64,000 nt of DNA from contig JAITLR010000010.1 in assembly GCA_031277805.1 (NCBI GenBank), forward strand, positions 7,256-71,255, in the 5' to 3' direction. The stretch is from Comamonas sp. (lineage in GTDB: Bacteria > Pseudomonadota > Gammaproteobacteria > Burkholderiales > Burkholderiaceae_C). The translations under genes and the position numbers were made by a program. Under the pieces are notes generated by a model, which was not told the origin of the DNA, did not search any database, and saw only the letters and a list, made by a program, of their open reading frames with translations. Below, one piece after another: positions 39,405-48,333 of this stretch (positions are counted from its first letter, which is position 1; every line of letters begins with the position of its first letter).

Positions 39405-40715
39405 TCAATGCACATGTTCAGCTGTGGCCTTGCCCAGCTCAGACTTGAGGATGAAGCTGCCGCCGTTGACATAGCTCTGCCCCACAATCAGCCCCTGCAG
39501 CACTTCGGTGTTCTGCGCATCGCTCTTGCCCAGCTTCACGGGTTGGGCCTTGAAGCCGCCATCCACGGGGACGAACACCACGGTTTTTTCGCCATTGATC
39601 TTCTGCACCGCGGCCGTTGCAATGCTCACCGGCACCTGCTGCGAAGAAGCCGTCAGATTCACATTCACGAACAGGCCTGGACGCCAGATCCCGTCCGGGT
39701 TGTCCAGCGTGATGCGCGCTGGTGCGGTACGCGTTTCCTGGCCGATCAAGGCGCCCACATAGGCCACGGTGCCGCTTGCCCTGGATTCAAAGGCCGTGGC
39801 CTGCACCACGGCTTTTTCGCCCACGCGCACAAACGGCAGGTCGGAGGCTGCGACCTTCATCTCGGCCCAGACCGAGCGCAGATCGGAGACGGTGAACACC
39901 GCCGTGCTGTCCTGCACGGCCTCACCCACGGACAGATGCTTTTCCACCACCACGCCATCAAATGGAGCGCGTAGCTCGAAGCGATTGAGCCCGCCTGAAG
40001 AGCCGGCACCCGCACCGATCGCAGCCAGCTTTTGCTGGGCATTGGCCGCCGCAATTTCAGCCTCGCGCAGGAGCTGCTGGGCTTGCAGATAGTCCTGTTC
40101 GGCAGAGATTTTTTCCTGCCACAGCTGCTTTTCACGCTGATAGGTGGTGCGCGCCAGCGCCAGACGCTTTTGCGAGGCCATCAGCTCGCTGCGCTGCTCG
40201 GAGACGGCAGGGCTGCTGAGCACGGCCAGCAACTGGCCTTTTTTCACCACCTGCCCCAGATTGGCGGCCACGCTTTCGGCGACACCGGCCACGCGCGGCA
40301 CCACGTGGGCCGTGCGATCTTCGTTGAAGCGAATTTCACCGGGAAGCTGCAGGCTGCTGCCTATGGCTGCCGGGCCTGCTTGCGCCAGCGTGACTCCTGC
40401 AGTCATGGCACGCTCGGCATCAAGCTTGAGCACCCCCTCCTCATGCTCTTTTTCACCACGCGCTTCATCCTTGTGCTCGCCTTCTTCATGCTCATGCTTG
40501 TCACCCGGTGCGTGCTCTTTTTCTTCTTCATGTTGATGGCCGGGCTTGGCTTCCTGATCATGCACTTCACCCGCATGTTCGTGGCCATTTGCCTCGACGG
40601 CAGGCTTGGCCGGCTGGGTGCCATAGACGATGGCCGCTGCAGCGGCTGCGCCCAGCACCAGAATGGCAGCGATGGCAATGGCGGTACGGTGCTTGGGAGG
40701 AGATGAATGATTCAT
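39405..40715 (-). CDS. czcB: Heavy-metal efflux membrane fusion protein
   Basis: TM anchor, His/Glu-rich segment, LRAPFDGVV motif; lies between czcC and czcA. Confidence 0.92.
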   Translation of the reverse strand: MNHSSPPKHRTAIAIAAILVLGAAAAAAIVYGTQPAKPAVEANGHEHAGEVHDQEAKPGHQHEEEKEHAPGDKHEHEEGEHKDEARGEKEHEEGVLKLDAERAMTAGVTLAQAGPAAIGSSLQLPGEIRFNEDRTAHVVPRVAGVAESVAANLGQVVKKGQLLAVLSSPAVSEQRSELMASQKRLALARTTYQREKQLWQEKISAEQDYLQAQQLLREAEIAAANAQQKLAAIGAGAGSSGGLNRFELRAPFDGVVVEKHLSVGEAVQDSTAVFTVSDLRSVWAEMKVAASDLPFVRVGEKAVVQATAFESRASGTVAYVGALIGQETRTAPARITLDNPDGIWRPGLFVNVNLTASSQQVPVSIATAAVQKINGEKTVVFVPVDGGFKAQPVKLGKSDAQNTEVLQGLIVGQSYVNGGSFILKSELGKATAEHVH

Positions 40716-40730
40716 GAGTGAAAGGATTGA

Positions 40731-40810
40731 AGAACTTAAGCAAACGAGAAGGCACCCAGGCTGTTTCCGTGAGGCAAAGCTCTTGCGCTAGCTTGATTTG
40801 CCTAAGTCGT
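40731..40810 (-). mobile_element. 80-bp MITE-like element, copy 2, filling the czcC-czcB spacer
   Basis: Minus strand ACGACTTAGGCAAATCAAGCTAGCGCAAGAGCTTTGCCTCACGG…TTTGCTTAAGTTCT. Confidence 0.65.
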
Positions 40811-40814
40811 GGAT

Positions 40815-42092
40815 TTATTCAAAACCGGGAATGTCGCCAAGCTGGCGCGTGATGTCAGCTGCCGCTCGGTGCGTGGCCACCAGCTGGTCGAGGTAGAGAC
40901 TGCGCGCATCGGCCAGCGTGCGCTGCGCATCCAGCACATCGAGATAGCTGAACTTGCCCAGAGAAAATCCCTTTGCGGCCACCTCATAGGCCGACTGCGC
41001 ACCGGGCAGCACCTTGCTCTGCAGCTGCAGGGTCTGGGCTCGGCTGGCCTGTAGCTGCTCGTAGTTCTGCAGCAGCTGAGCCTGGGCCAGCTGATGCACT
41101 GCCAGCAGTTCATCTTCGGCCTTGTCTGCCAGACGCAAGGCCTGCAACTGGTTGCCGCGATTGCTGTCCAGAATCGGCAAGGGGATGGAAACACCCAGCA
41201 GCAGCTGGTTGCGTCCGGCCTCCTCGGCACGCTTGATGCCCACGCTCACCGTCGGATCAGGCAGACGCTTGGCGCGCTCCAGCTCTGCCGTTGACTTGGC
41301 CTGAAAATAAGCCTGCTGCGCCCGTACCACCGGCGCAGAATGCTCCACTTTTTGGAGCAATTGCTCCTGCGGTGGCAGCTGCGGCAGTTGCACCATATCG
41401 CCCATGGCCTCACCCACCGCCAAGCCGGAGCCGCCCCACAGCAAGGCCAGTTGCTGCCTGGCCACGCGCAAGCCGGACTGTGCCTGGTTCAGCGCCAGCT
41501 GCGCACTGGACTCCGCGACCTGGGCCTTGGTTTCCTCCAGCGGCGCAGCCTTGCCAGCGGTCACACGCTTGGCCGCTGCATCGCGAGCCTGCGCGGCAAT
41601 CTCCAGCGTCTTTTCATTGAGCTGCACACGCTGCTGGGCCGCCAGCAGGTTCACAAACGCGGCACGCACATCGGCGCGCAGGGCCGCACGCGCAGTGTCC
41701 AGCTCGGCACGGGCCAGCTCCACACCATGCTCGGCCACCTTCATGCGTGCGGCACGCTTGCCACCGATTTCGATAGGCTGGTTCCACTGAAGCGATGAGG
41801 ATCGCGTCGCGCGCCTTGTATCTTCCTGCGAGAACGCCAGCTCCGGGTTGGGTCTGGCCTGGCTCTGGATCATGGCGCCTTCGCTGGCTGCCACGGCTTG
41901 CTGGGCAGCGCGCAAGCCGGGGTTTTGAGCCATGGCTTGCGCCAGAGCGGTTTGCAAGGTGACGGCGGGCAATGCCGTTCTGGCCGTCACATCCGCAGCA
42001 CCGGCGGTTTGCGGCTGTGCCCAGGCACTGCCACCGGCCAGCAACAGGCTGACACTCAGCCAGCAGGCCGGGGCTTGTTTCAAGAATTTCAT
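40815..42092 (-). CDS. czcC: Outer-membrane factor (TolC family)
   Basis: Signal peptide; two OEP repeats (RPNPEL, IEIGGKRAAR, SIPLPI, YLDVLDAQR). Confidence 0.92.
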   Translation of the reverse strand: MKFLKQAPACWLSVSLLLAGGSAWAQPQTAGAADVTARTALPAVTLQTALAQAMAQNPGLRAAQQAVAASEGAMIQSQARPNPELAFSQEDTRRATRSSSLQWNQPIEIGGKRAARMKVAEHGVELARAELDTARAALRADVRAAFVNLLAAQQRVQLNEKTLEIAAQARDAAAKRVTAGKAAPLEETKAQVAESSAQLALNQAQSGLRVARQQLALLWGGSGLAVGEAMGDMVQLPQLPPQEQLLQKVEHSAPVVRAQQAYFQAKSTAELERAKRLPDPTVSVGIKRAEEAGRNQLLLGVSIPLPILDSNRGNQLQALRLADKAEDELLAVHQLAQAQLLQNYEQLQASRAQTLQLQSKVLPGAQSAYEVAAKGFSLGKFSYLDVLDAQRTLADARSLYLDQLVATHRAAADITRQLGDIPGFE

Positions 42093-42185
42093 ATCCAACT
42101 CCGCCCCGCCAGCTCTGACACGATGACAGCAGACTTTGGGAGCCGTGGCACTCTAGCCCCGGCATCGCGACACAGGCCCAACACC

Positions 42186-42207
42186 AAGATGACAAATTCG
42201 TCATCTT
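42186..42207. promoter_or_regulatory. CusR/CzcR-type binding box
   Basis: AAGATGAC-AAATTC-GTCATCTT palindrome, similar to the CusR box, between divergent czcC and the response regulator. Confidence 0.8.
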
Positions 42208-42240
42208 TGACGGTAGCCGCTTTGCCGGACAATGACTGCC

Positions 42241-42930
42241 ATGAAGCTTTTGGTCATTGAAGACGAGATCAAGCTCGCCGAATATCTGCAAAAAGGCCTG
42301 AGTGAAGAAGGCTTTGTGGTCGATATGGCTCACAACGGCATTGACGGTCTGCATCTGGCGACCGAGCAGGTCTACGACCTCATCGTGCTCGACGGCATGC
42401 TGCCCGGCATCGACGGACTGGCCGTGCTGGCTGCGCTGCGCCAGTCCAGGCAGACGCCTGTGTTGATGCTCACGGCACGCGCCCAGGTGGAAGACCGCGT
42501 CAAAGGTCTGCAGGGCGGAGCCGACGACTATCTGGTCAAGCCCTTTGCCTTTTCAGAGCTGGTGGCCCGCATTCATGTGCTGCTGCGCCGTGGCCTGCAG
42601 GCACAGAGCGCCCCCGAGGCCACGCTGCTGCGCATGGCCGACCTGGAGCTGGATCTGATTCGCCGCAAGGCCACACGCGCCGGCCAGCGGCTGGATCTGA
42701 CGGCCAAGGAATTCAATCTGCTGAGCCTGCTGCTGCGCCGCCAGGGCGAGGTGCTGTCACGCACCGAGCTGGCATCGCAGGTCTGGGACATGAATTTCGA
42801 CAGCGAGACCAATGTGGTCGAGGTTGCCGTGCGCCGCCTGCGGCTCAAGCTTGACGCGCCGTTTGATGCGCCGCTGCTGCACACGGTGCGCGGCATGGGT
42901 TATGTGCTGGAGCTGCGGTCCACGCCCTGA
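42241..42930 (+). CDS. czcR: Heavy-metal response regulator (CzcR/CusR family)
   Basis: [17 protein letters not shown] and [21 protein letters not shown] motifs. Confidence 0.9.
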   Translation: MKLLVIEDEIKLAEYLQKGLSEEGFVVDMAHNGIDGLHLATEQVYDLIVLDGMLPGIDGLAVLAALRQSRQTPVLMLTARAQVEDRVKGLQGGADDYLVKPFAFSELVARIHVLLRRGLQAQSAPEATLLRMADLELDLIRRKATRAGQRLDLTAKEFNLLSLLLRRQGEVLSRTELASQVWDMNFDSETNVVEVAVRRLRLKLDAPFDAPLLHTVRGMGYVLELRSTP

Positions 42931-42940
42931 ATGTGACGAC

Positions 42941-43282
42941 TCACCAGTCGCGCGTGGCGATCAGTTCTTCGGTATCGGCATCCTCAAAACCGTAGACCTG
43001 GGCAATGGCTTCGAAATCTGTCGCAATGCAGTCACGTGCCGCCGTTTCGATCTCGCTGCCCTGCTCGTCAAACTCTTCCTGCAGGTCGTTGAAGCGCTCC
43101 GTGGCTGCATGGGTCAGCTCGTACAACTCTTCCAGAGAGCCGGGCTTTTGCTGCTCGATCTGCAGGCACAGCTCCACCAGAATTTCTTCGCCTTTTTTCA
43201 CCAGCTCGTCAGGGAAATAGTCGTCGTCATACATTGCAGCAAGAAAACGATAGGCAGCCATCTTGGGGTTGCTCGGACTCAT
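42941..43282 (-). CDS. DUF5713-like acidic helical protein
   Basis: MY-DDYFP…LTHAATE-FNDLQEEF…SEIET-ARD…RDW, with an AGGAG RBS. Confidence 0.8.
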   Translation of the reverse strand: MSPSNPKMAAYRFLAAMYDDDYFPDELVKKGEEILVELCLQIEQQKPGSLEELYELTHAATERFNDLQEEFDEQGSEIETAARDCIATDFEAIAQVYGFEDADTEELIATRDW

Positions 43283-43366
43283 CAAAACTCCTGATAAATC
43301 AAAGAAAAAACAATTCCGCCAGAGCATAGCAGCGCCAGTTTTCAGACTTTCTACAAAGATCACGCC

Positions 43367-44743
43367 GTGACCTCTCCATCCATCCCCCATCTGGGCAAAC
43401 GCCTGTCCCGCTCACTGGCCCTGCAGACCATGCTGGTGCTGGGCCTGGTCTGCATCGCTGTGTATTGGGGCAGCCTGCTGACGGTGATGCAGCGCCAGCA
43501 GGACAATCTCAACCACAAGCAAGCAGCCTTGAAGCACCTGCTGCAGGAAGGTCGTGCCTCGCACACACCGGGTGTGATGATGCACATGCTCAGTGACTTT
43601 CTGACCGGACATGACGAGCTGTCCCTGCGCATCACCAGCAGCAGCGGTCAGCTGCTGTTCGAGCAGTTGCGCCAGCCCTTGGATGACAAACGCAGCGAAC
43701 GCCGGAGCTTCGCCATCGATCTACCCTCCGCGCAAGCGGGTCAGCCTGGGCAAACCGTGCAGGTGCTGCTGATGCTGGACAGGCGCTCTGACGATGCATT
43801 GCTACGCCAGCTGGCCTGGATTCTGGGCCTGGCCGCCGTCAGCAGCTCTTTGCTGGTCTCCATGGCCAGCGCCTTCCTGGTGCGGCGCGGTCTGGCGCCG
43901 CTGCACTCCCTGGTCGAACAAACCCGCCAGCTGGGGGCCCAGGACCTCACCCGCGACTGGCAAAAGCGCCTTGACGACACCGACCAGCCCCAGGAACTGC
44001 GCCCGCTGATCGACCAGTTCAACGCACTGCTCGAACGCCTGGCCGTGGCCTACCGGCAGATGGAGGCCTTCAACGCCGATGTGGCCCATGAACTCAACAC
44101 CCCGCTGACCACGCTGATCAGCAGCTGTGAGCTGGCTCTGCGCAAGCCGCGCGATGCGGAGGAGCTGCGCGACATCCTGGCCTCCAACCTGGAAGACCTG
44201 CAGCGCATGGCCGGGATCGTGGCTGACATGCTGTTCCTATCCCACGCCGACCGCGGCGAAAGCGCGCGTCGCACCCTGGTGCCCAGCATGGCCGAGCTTG
44301 TCAGCGAGGTCATCGACTATCACGAGGCCGCGCTGCAGGAAGCAGGTCTGCAGATCAAGGTGGAAGGCGATGCCTGCGCCGAGGTCGATGCACGCCTGCT
44401 GCGCCGCGCCCTGTCCAACCTGCTGGGCAATGCCACCCGCTATGCCCACGCAGGCTCGACCATCGCCTTGCGTATCATCAATACCGCGCCGGATGGAGCA
44501 CTGAGGCTGGAGGTCAGCAACATCGGCCCCGAGATTGCCCCCGAACATCTGCCACGCCTGTTTGACCGCTTCTACCGCTCCGATGCTTCGCGCAGTCACG
44601 GCGACCGCAATCACGGCCTGGGTCTGGCCATCGTGGCAGCCATTGCCCGCATGCATGGAGGCCAGGCCTTTGTAGACTCCTCCAGAAACATCACCACCGT
44701 GGGCATGGTACTGCCCACGATCTCCAGCATGTCCACGCTCTAA
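43367..44743 (+). CDS. czcS: Heavy-metal sensor histidine kinase (CzcS/CusS family)
   Basis: Two TM segments, HAMP, FNADVAHEL-TP H-box, NLLGNA, LFDRFYR and GLGLAIV motifs. Confidence 0.9.
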   Translation: MTSPSIPHLGKRLSRSLALQTMLVLGLVCIAVYWGSLLTVMQRQQDNLNHKQAALKHLLQEGRASHTPGVMMHMLSDFLTGHDELSLRITSSSGQLLFEQLRQPLDDKRSERRSFAIDLPSAQAGQPGQTVQVLLMLDRRSDDALLRQLAWILGLAAVSSSLLVSMASAFLVRRGLAPLHSLVEQTRQLGAQDLTRDWQKRLDDTDQPQELRPLIDQFNALLERLAVAYRQMEAFNADVAHELNTPLTTLISSCELALRKPRDAEELRDILASNLEDLQRMAGIVADMLFLSHADRGESARRTLVPSMAELVSEVIDYHEAALQEAGLQIKVEGDACAEVDARLLRRALSNLLGNATRYAHAGSTIALRIINTAPDGALRLEVSNIGPEIAPEHLPRLFDRFYRSDASRSHGDRNHGLGLAIVAAIARMHGGQAFVDSSRNITTVGMVLPTISSMSTL

Positions 44744-44865
44744 GAACCGGCCCCATGTCAGTCTTCGTCCATTTCGTGCCCACATGGACGGTCAAGCACA
44801 GATGACATACAGACCTGCCTCAAAGTAGAAACATCGAAGTCTGTTTCCCTTTGGAAGGACAAACC

Positions 44866-45285
44866 ATGTCAATGTTATGGAAAACGACAACGCGCCTACT
44901 GCCCGCCGTGTTGCTGACTTCGGCAGGTCTGATCGGGCTGCAGGCTCAGGCTCAAGGCCAGATACCACCCATGCATGAAAAAGGCGCCGTGCAGTACAGC
45001 TGCGGCGGCATCGGCAAGGACGAATCCACCGCCATGCGTGCCGCCATGAAGGACTACCCGCTGTCCCTGCTGTTCGCGGCCAAGGATGGCGAGTACCTGG
45101 CCGATGTGTCGGTGGACATTCAGTCTTCCCAGGCCAGCACACAGTTCGTCGCTGGCGGCCCCGTCTGCCTGATCAAGCTGCCTGCAGGCAGCTACAAGGT
45201 CACAGCCACCACCAAGAATGGCCAAAGCCATAGCCAGTCGGTTACGACGGGCAAGTCGGCGCACAGCCTGGACTTCCGGTTCTGA
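44866..45285 (+). CDS. Exported protein with a carboxypeptidase-regulatory-like beta-sandwich
   Basis: Signal peptide; CGGIG-DE, YPLSLLFA, GEYLADV and LPAGSYKV motifs. Confidence 0.7.
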   Translation: MSMLWKTTTRLLPAVLLTSAGLIGLQAQAQGQIPPMHEKGAVQYSCGGIGKDESTAMRAAMKDYPLSLLFAAKDGEYLADVSVDIQSSQASTQFVAGGPVCLIKLPAGSYKVTATTKNGQSHSQSVTTGKSAHSLDFRF

Positions 45286-45333
45286 ATCTGTTCAAAGGGG
45301 CATGAGTCCAGGCGCCGCCAGAACTTCTGCGCA

Positions 45334-45771
45334 ATGACGACAATTCCGCCCATGCCCCAAGACAGCACTACCGACTATCAAAACCACCTGCAGGCAGGCA
45401 ATGCCTTTGTGGCTCAGGCCCAGACCCAGGCCACTCAGGACTTTGCCAAGGCCCGATCGCTCTGGCAGGCCGCTGGCAAGGAGTTCTATCTGGCACACAA
45501 GGCTGACATGAACCAGCCCGAGGCCGCTTTTCGTCTGGCGCAGGCCTGGATGGCAGAAGCCCACGCACTGCAAAAGGAAGAGAACAACAACGCCTTGGTC
45601 ATGTGGGCCAATGCTGCGGCGCAATGCGAGATGGCGTTTGACCTGGACCCCGAGAATGGCCGCATCGCCATGACAGCCGCCAGCTGCCACTATTTTGCTG
45701 GGCAGACCGATGCCGCCAAGGCCTGGCAGCAGATCGGCCAGCATCTGCTGCCCGATGCAGAGCAGCCCTAG
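45334..45771 (+). CDS. TPR-like hypothetical protein
   Basis: Helical and Ala-rich, with a TPR-like AFDLDPEN…AASCHYFAGQTDAAK pattern. Confidence 0.6.
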   Translation: MTTIPPMPQDSTTDYQNHLQAGNAFVAQAQTQATQDFAKARSLWQAAGKEFYLAHKADMNQPEAAFRLAQAWMAEAHALQKEENNNALVMWANAAAQCEMAFDLDPENGRIAMTAASCHYFAGQTDAAKAWQQIGQHLLPDAEQP

Positions 45772-45774
45772 ACA

Positions 45775-48156
45775 CTAAGCTCCACGCGCCTGCCTGCGCC
45801 GGGAGAGGCCGGCCCAGAGCATCAACAGCAACGGAGTGATCGTGGCCAGAGCACGCCAGATGAGGCTGCGTGTTCTCTCATCACGTTGCTCGCGGTCGCG
45901 TTCCAGCGCCTGCACCACCCGCCCCTGAAACTCCGCAAGTTCGACGGGTTTGCTTCCTGTGATCAGCGAAGCTGCATCGCGCTCCGACACAACCTCTTCC
46001 GGGGTGGAACCATCTCCTGGCTGCAGCGCAGCGGCATCAGCTAGCAGCGCCAATTGCTGCATGACGGCAGTGGCCTGCGCAGGCCGCATTCTGTACACCG
46101 GCACATTGAGCACCAGGCTCTCGTTGCCCTGCACGGCCTGCACCAGCGTGATGCCGCTGGCGGAATTACCCTTGGGCTGGCCCAGCACAAACTTGCTGAG
46201 TCCCCAGCTCAGACGCTGATGCCCATCGCCCCACTGCGGAGGAACCAGCCAGGTCACCGATGTCGATTGCACGCCTTCGGCTCCTGCATTCAGGGGGCTG
46301 CCATAGTCATAGCGACGAATAGTCTCGGCCAGCCCCTCAGGCTCCAGTTCCTGGTCCGAAGGCCGCCTCAGACGCCCCGTCCGGACCAGCTGGACACGTG
46401 CAGCCCATTGAGGATCCTTTCCCGGGGCAATCACCCCCCAGGTGAGGTCACCGTCCTGCTCCGGCGCCGATCCGGCCGCAGCTTCCTCCTTGCGCATGGC
46501 GGCAATGGCCTCGGGCGGAAGATAGCGATAGCCAGCCGGCAGGTGCAGCGTCAGCTGGTCCGACATACGCGGGCTGGCCAGCACTATTGCCGCTGGCCCC
46601 TCCACCCAGCCTGGACGATCACTCAGATACTGGCCGTCGCGGCGCAACGGAAAAAACCGCACTGGCAGGCCCGCAGCCTGACGCAGCACGGCTTCCGGCC
46701 CCAGGTCCAGCCCTTTGTCATCGTCCTCGCGCAACTGCTGCAGCCGCCCCTGGTCTGCGGCGGATAGATATCGGGCCTCGGGGGGCCGCTGTTGACGCTC
46801 GGCCTCCAGCACGCAGCGCTCGGCCACATCATCCACAGGCCATAGCGGCCGCCCATCGGCACTGCGCAACTGCTCTATGCCGCAGCTGAGTCGGCTACGC
46901 ACGAACAGCAGCTTTCCCCGGCTATCGACCCAGGCGGACTCATCACCAACCTTGTCCTCTTGTGACAAGGCGCGCATCGGAAACACACGAACCGCTCCCT
47001 CGCGCTCGGGCCAGGCCGAGACGCTGGCCTCGCGAACCTGCGCCGCCTGCGGTCCCAGATTCATATCGATAGTCTTGCCAGCCCTGTCCACCAGCAAATT
47101 GCCACCACCGTCATCGCCCAGAAAAACGCTGGCCGTGCCGTTGACAAAACGCCCTGCCCATTGCCATCCCTGGCCTTCATGCAGGACCTGACCCTGGGCA
47201 TCAATCAGCAGAATGCGTTTCTGCCAGCGCGGCTCCTGGCCGTTACGGTCTTCGACCTCCCGCGTCTGATGTATCCAGGCTCGGCCCTCGAAAAATCCAG
47301 CAGGCGCATACCAACTGCTGCCCCTGGGGCCAGCAAAAGCCTTGACCACAGGCTTGCCGGTACGCAGATCGAGCAGCCCCAGGTGACTGTCGTTGTTGGA
47401 GAAGAAAGCCCGCCCTTCGGCCGCTTGCCGAATCGACTGCGCGCGAAACAAAATCTGCCCCCGCCCATCGATCAGGCTGGCCTGACCGTTGCTCTCCTGA
47501 GAGATCAGCCTGTCCGGCGCCACTACTTGCAATGCACTGCGCTCGGTGGCAGGCACGCGCATCTGATTGCGCTGGTCGATGGCTCCTATGCGTTCGTCCG
47601 CAAGCTGAACCACGGCCAGTCCATGATGAAAGTCCTGTGCATCGGTGTATTGCTCGGCAATCACCTGCCGCCCCTGCGGGTCGATAAAGCCCAGACTGTA
47701 GTGCCCGCCATCGGGATCACGGACGAAACGCCCGACCCTGGCCAGCCCTTCGCGAAAAGGGCTGGCCACCTCATAAGGTCCTGCCAGCACCACTTCGCCG
47801 CGTGCATTCAGGTAGCTGCTGCCGCTACGTTCCAGCGCCGCCATGCCTTCTGAAAAGGCCTCTACACGAGCATTGCTGCGCATGCGTGCCAGAGGCTGCC
47901 CCTTGGCATCCAGCAATTGCTCCGTCCAGCCGTTATCCAGCACGGCCCAGACGCCTTCGTCCAGATACTGAAGCCGCTTGTCCACGAACTGCGCCGCCCA
48001 TCGGCCCTGCTCGTCGAGCAAACCACACATGTTCTGCCAGGCCGACAGACAGACCGGAATCAGCGTACCGGAGGGAATGGAGGCTGCAGGCTGATCGCCG
48101 CCGCCAAAGGCCAGACAAGACGTGCCAGAAAGCACCATGAGCCACGCCAGTGACAT
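45775..48156 (-). CDS. WG-repeat protein with a C-terminal DUF2167-like domain and TM anchor
   Basis: Repeats such as GFIDPQGRQVI…AQDFHHGLAVV, then GWVEGPA…LHLPAGYRYLPP, then a terminal TM plus RRR. The start is uncertain (48156 or 48204). Confidence 0.75.
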   Translation of the reverse strand: MSLAWLMVLSGTSCLAFGGGDQPAASIPSGTLIPVCLSAWQNMCGLLDEQGRWAAQFVDKRLQYLDEGVWAVLDNGWTEQLLDAKGQPLARMRSNARVEAFSEGMAALERSGSSYLNARGEVVLAGPYEVASPFREGLARVGRFVRDPDGGHYSLGFIDPQGRQVIAEQYTDAQDFHHGLAVVQLADERIGAIDQRNQMRVPATERSALQVVAPDRLISQESNGQASLIDGRGQILFRAQSIRQAAEGRAFFSNNDSHLGLLDLRTGKPVVKAFAGPRGSSWYAPAGFFEGRAWIHQTREVEDRNGQEPRWQKRILLIDAQGQVLHEGQGWQWAGRFVNGTASVFLGDDGGGNLLVDRAGKTIDMNLGPQAAQVREASVSAWPEREGAVRVFPMRALSQEDKVGDESAWVDSRGKLLFVRSRLSCGIEQLRSADGRPLWPVDDVAERCVLEAERQQRPPEARYLSAADQGRLQQLREDDDKGLDLGPEAVLRQAAGLPVRFFPLRRDGQYLSDRPGWVEGPAAIVLASPRMSDQLTLHLPAGYRYLPPEAIAAMRKEEAAAGSAPEQDGDLTWGVIAPGKDPQWAARVQLVRTGRLRRPSDQELEPEGLAETIRRYDYGSPLNAGAEGVQSTSVTWLVPPQWGDGHQRLSWGLSKFVLGQPKGNSASGITLVQAVQGNESLVLNVPVYRMRPAQATAVMQQLALLADAAALQPGDGSTPEEVVSERDAASLITGSKPVELAEFQGRVVQALERDREQRDERTRSLIWRALATITPLLLMLWAGLSRRRQARGA

Positions 48157-48189
48157 CTTTCCCAAACCATTGGCGGCTCCCAAAATTTG

Positions 48190-48245
48190 CAAAGAATTCA
48201 TCAAATCCCTATACCCATCAACCGCCTGCAGCTATCAAATTCAGA
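48190..48245 (+). repeat. Degenerate GCTATC-family repeat
   Basis: …CCCATCAACCGCCTGCAGCTATCAAATTCAGA. Confidence 0.5.
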
Positions 48246-48326
48246 ACAATTTATGCAAATCAGGCTCAAGCAAAAGCTTTGCCTCAGGGCTTCAGCCCTT
48301 GGCGCATTCCTGTTTGCATAAGCCCT
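48246..48326 (+). mobile_element. 81-bp MITE-like element, copy 3
   Basis: ACAATTTATGCAAATCAGGCTCAAGCAAAAGCTTTGCCTCAGGG…TTTGCATAAGCCCT. Confidence 0.6.
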
Positions 48327-48333
48327 GTTCAAA

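Noticed and set aside
36259-44743. czc cluster as a mobile resistance island
   Set aside because: No integrase, transposase, tRNA or att site in the window, and codon style is host-like.
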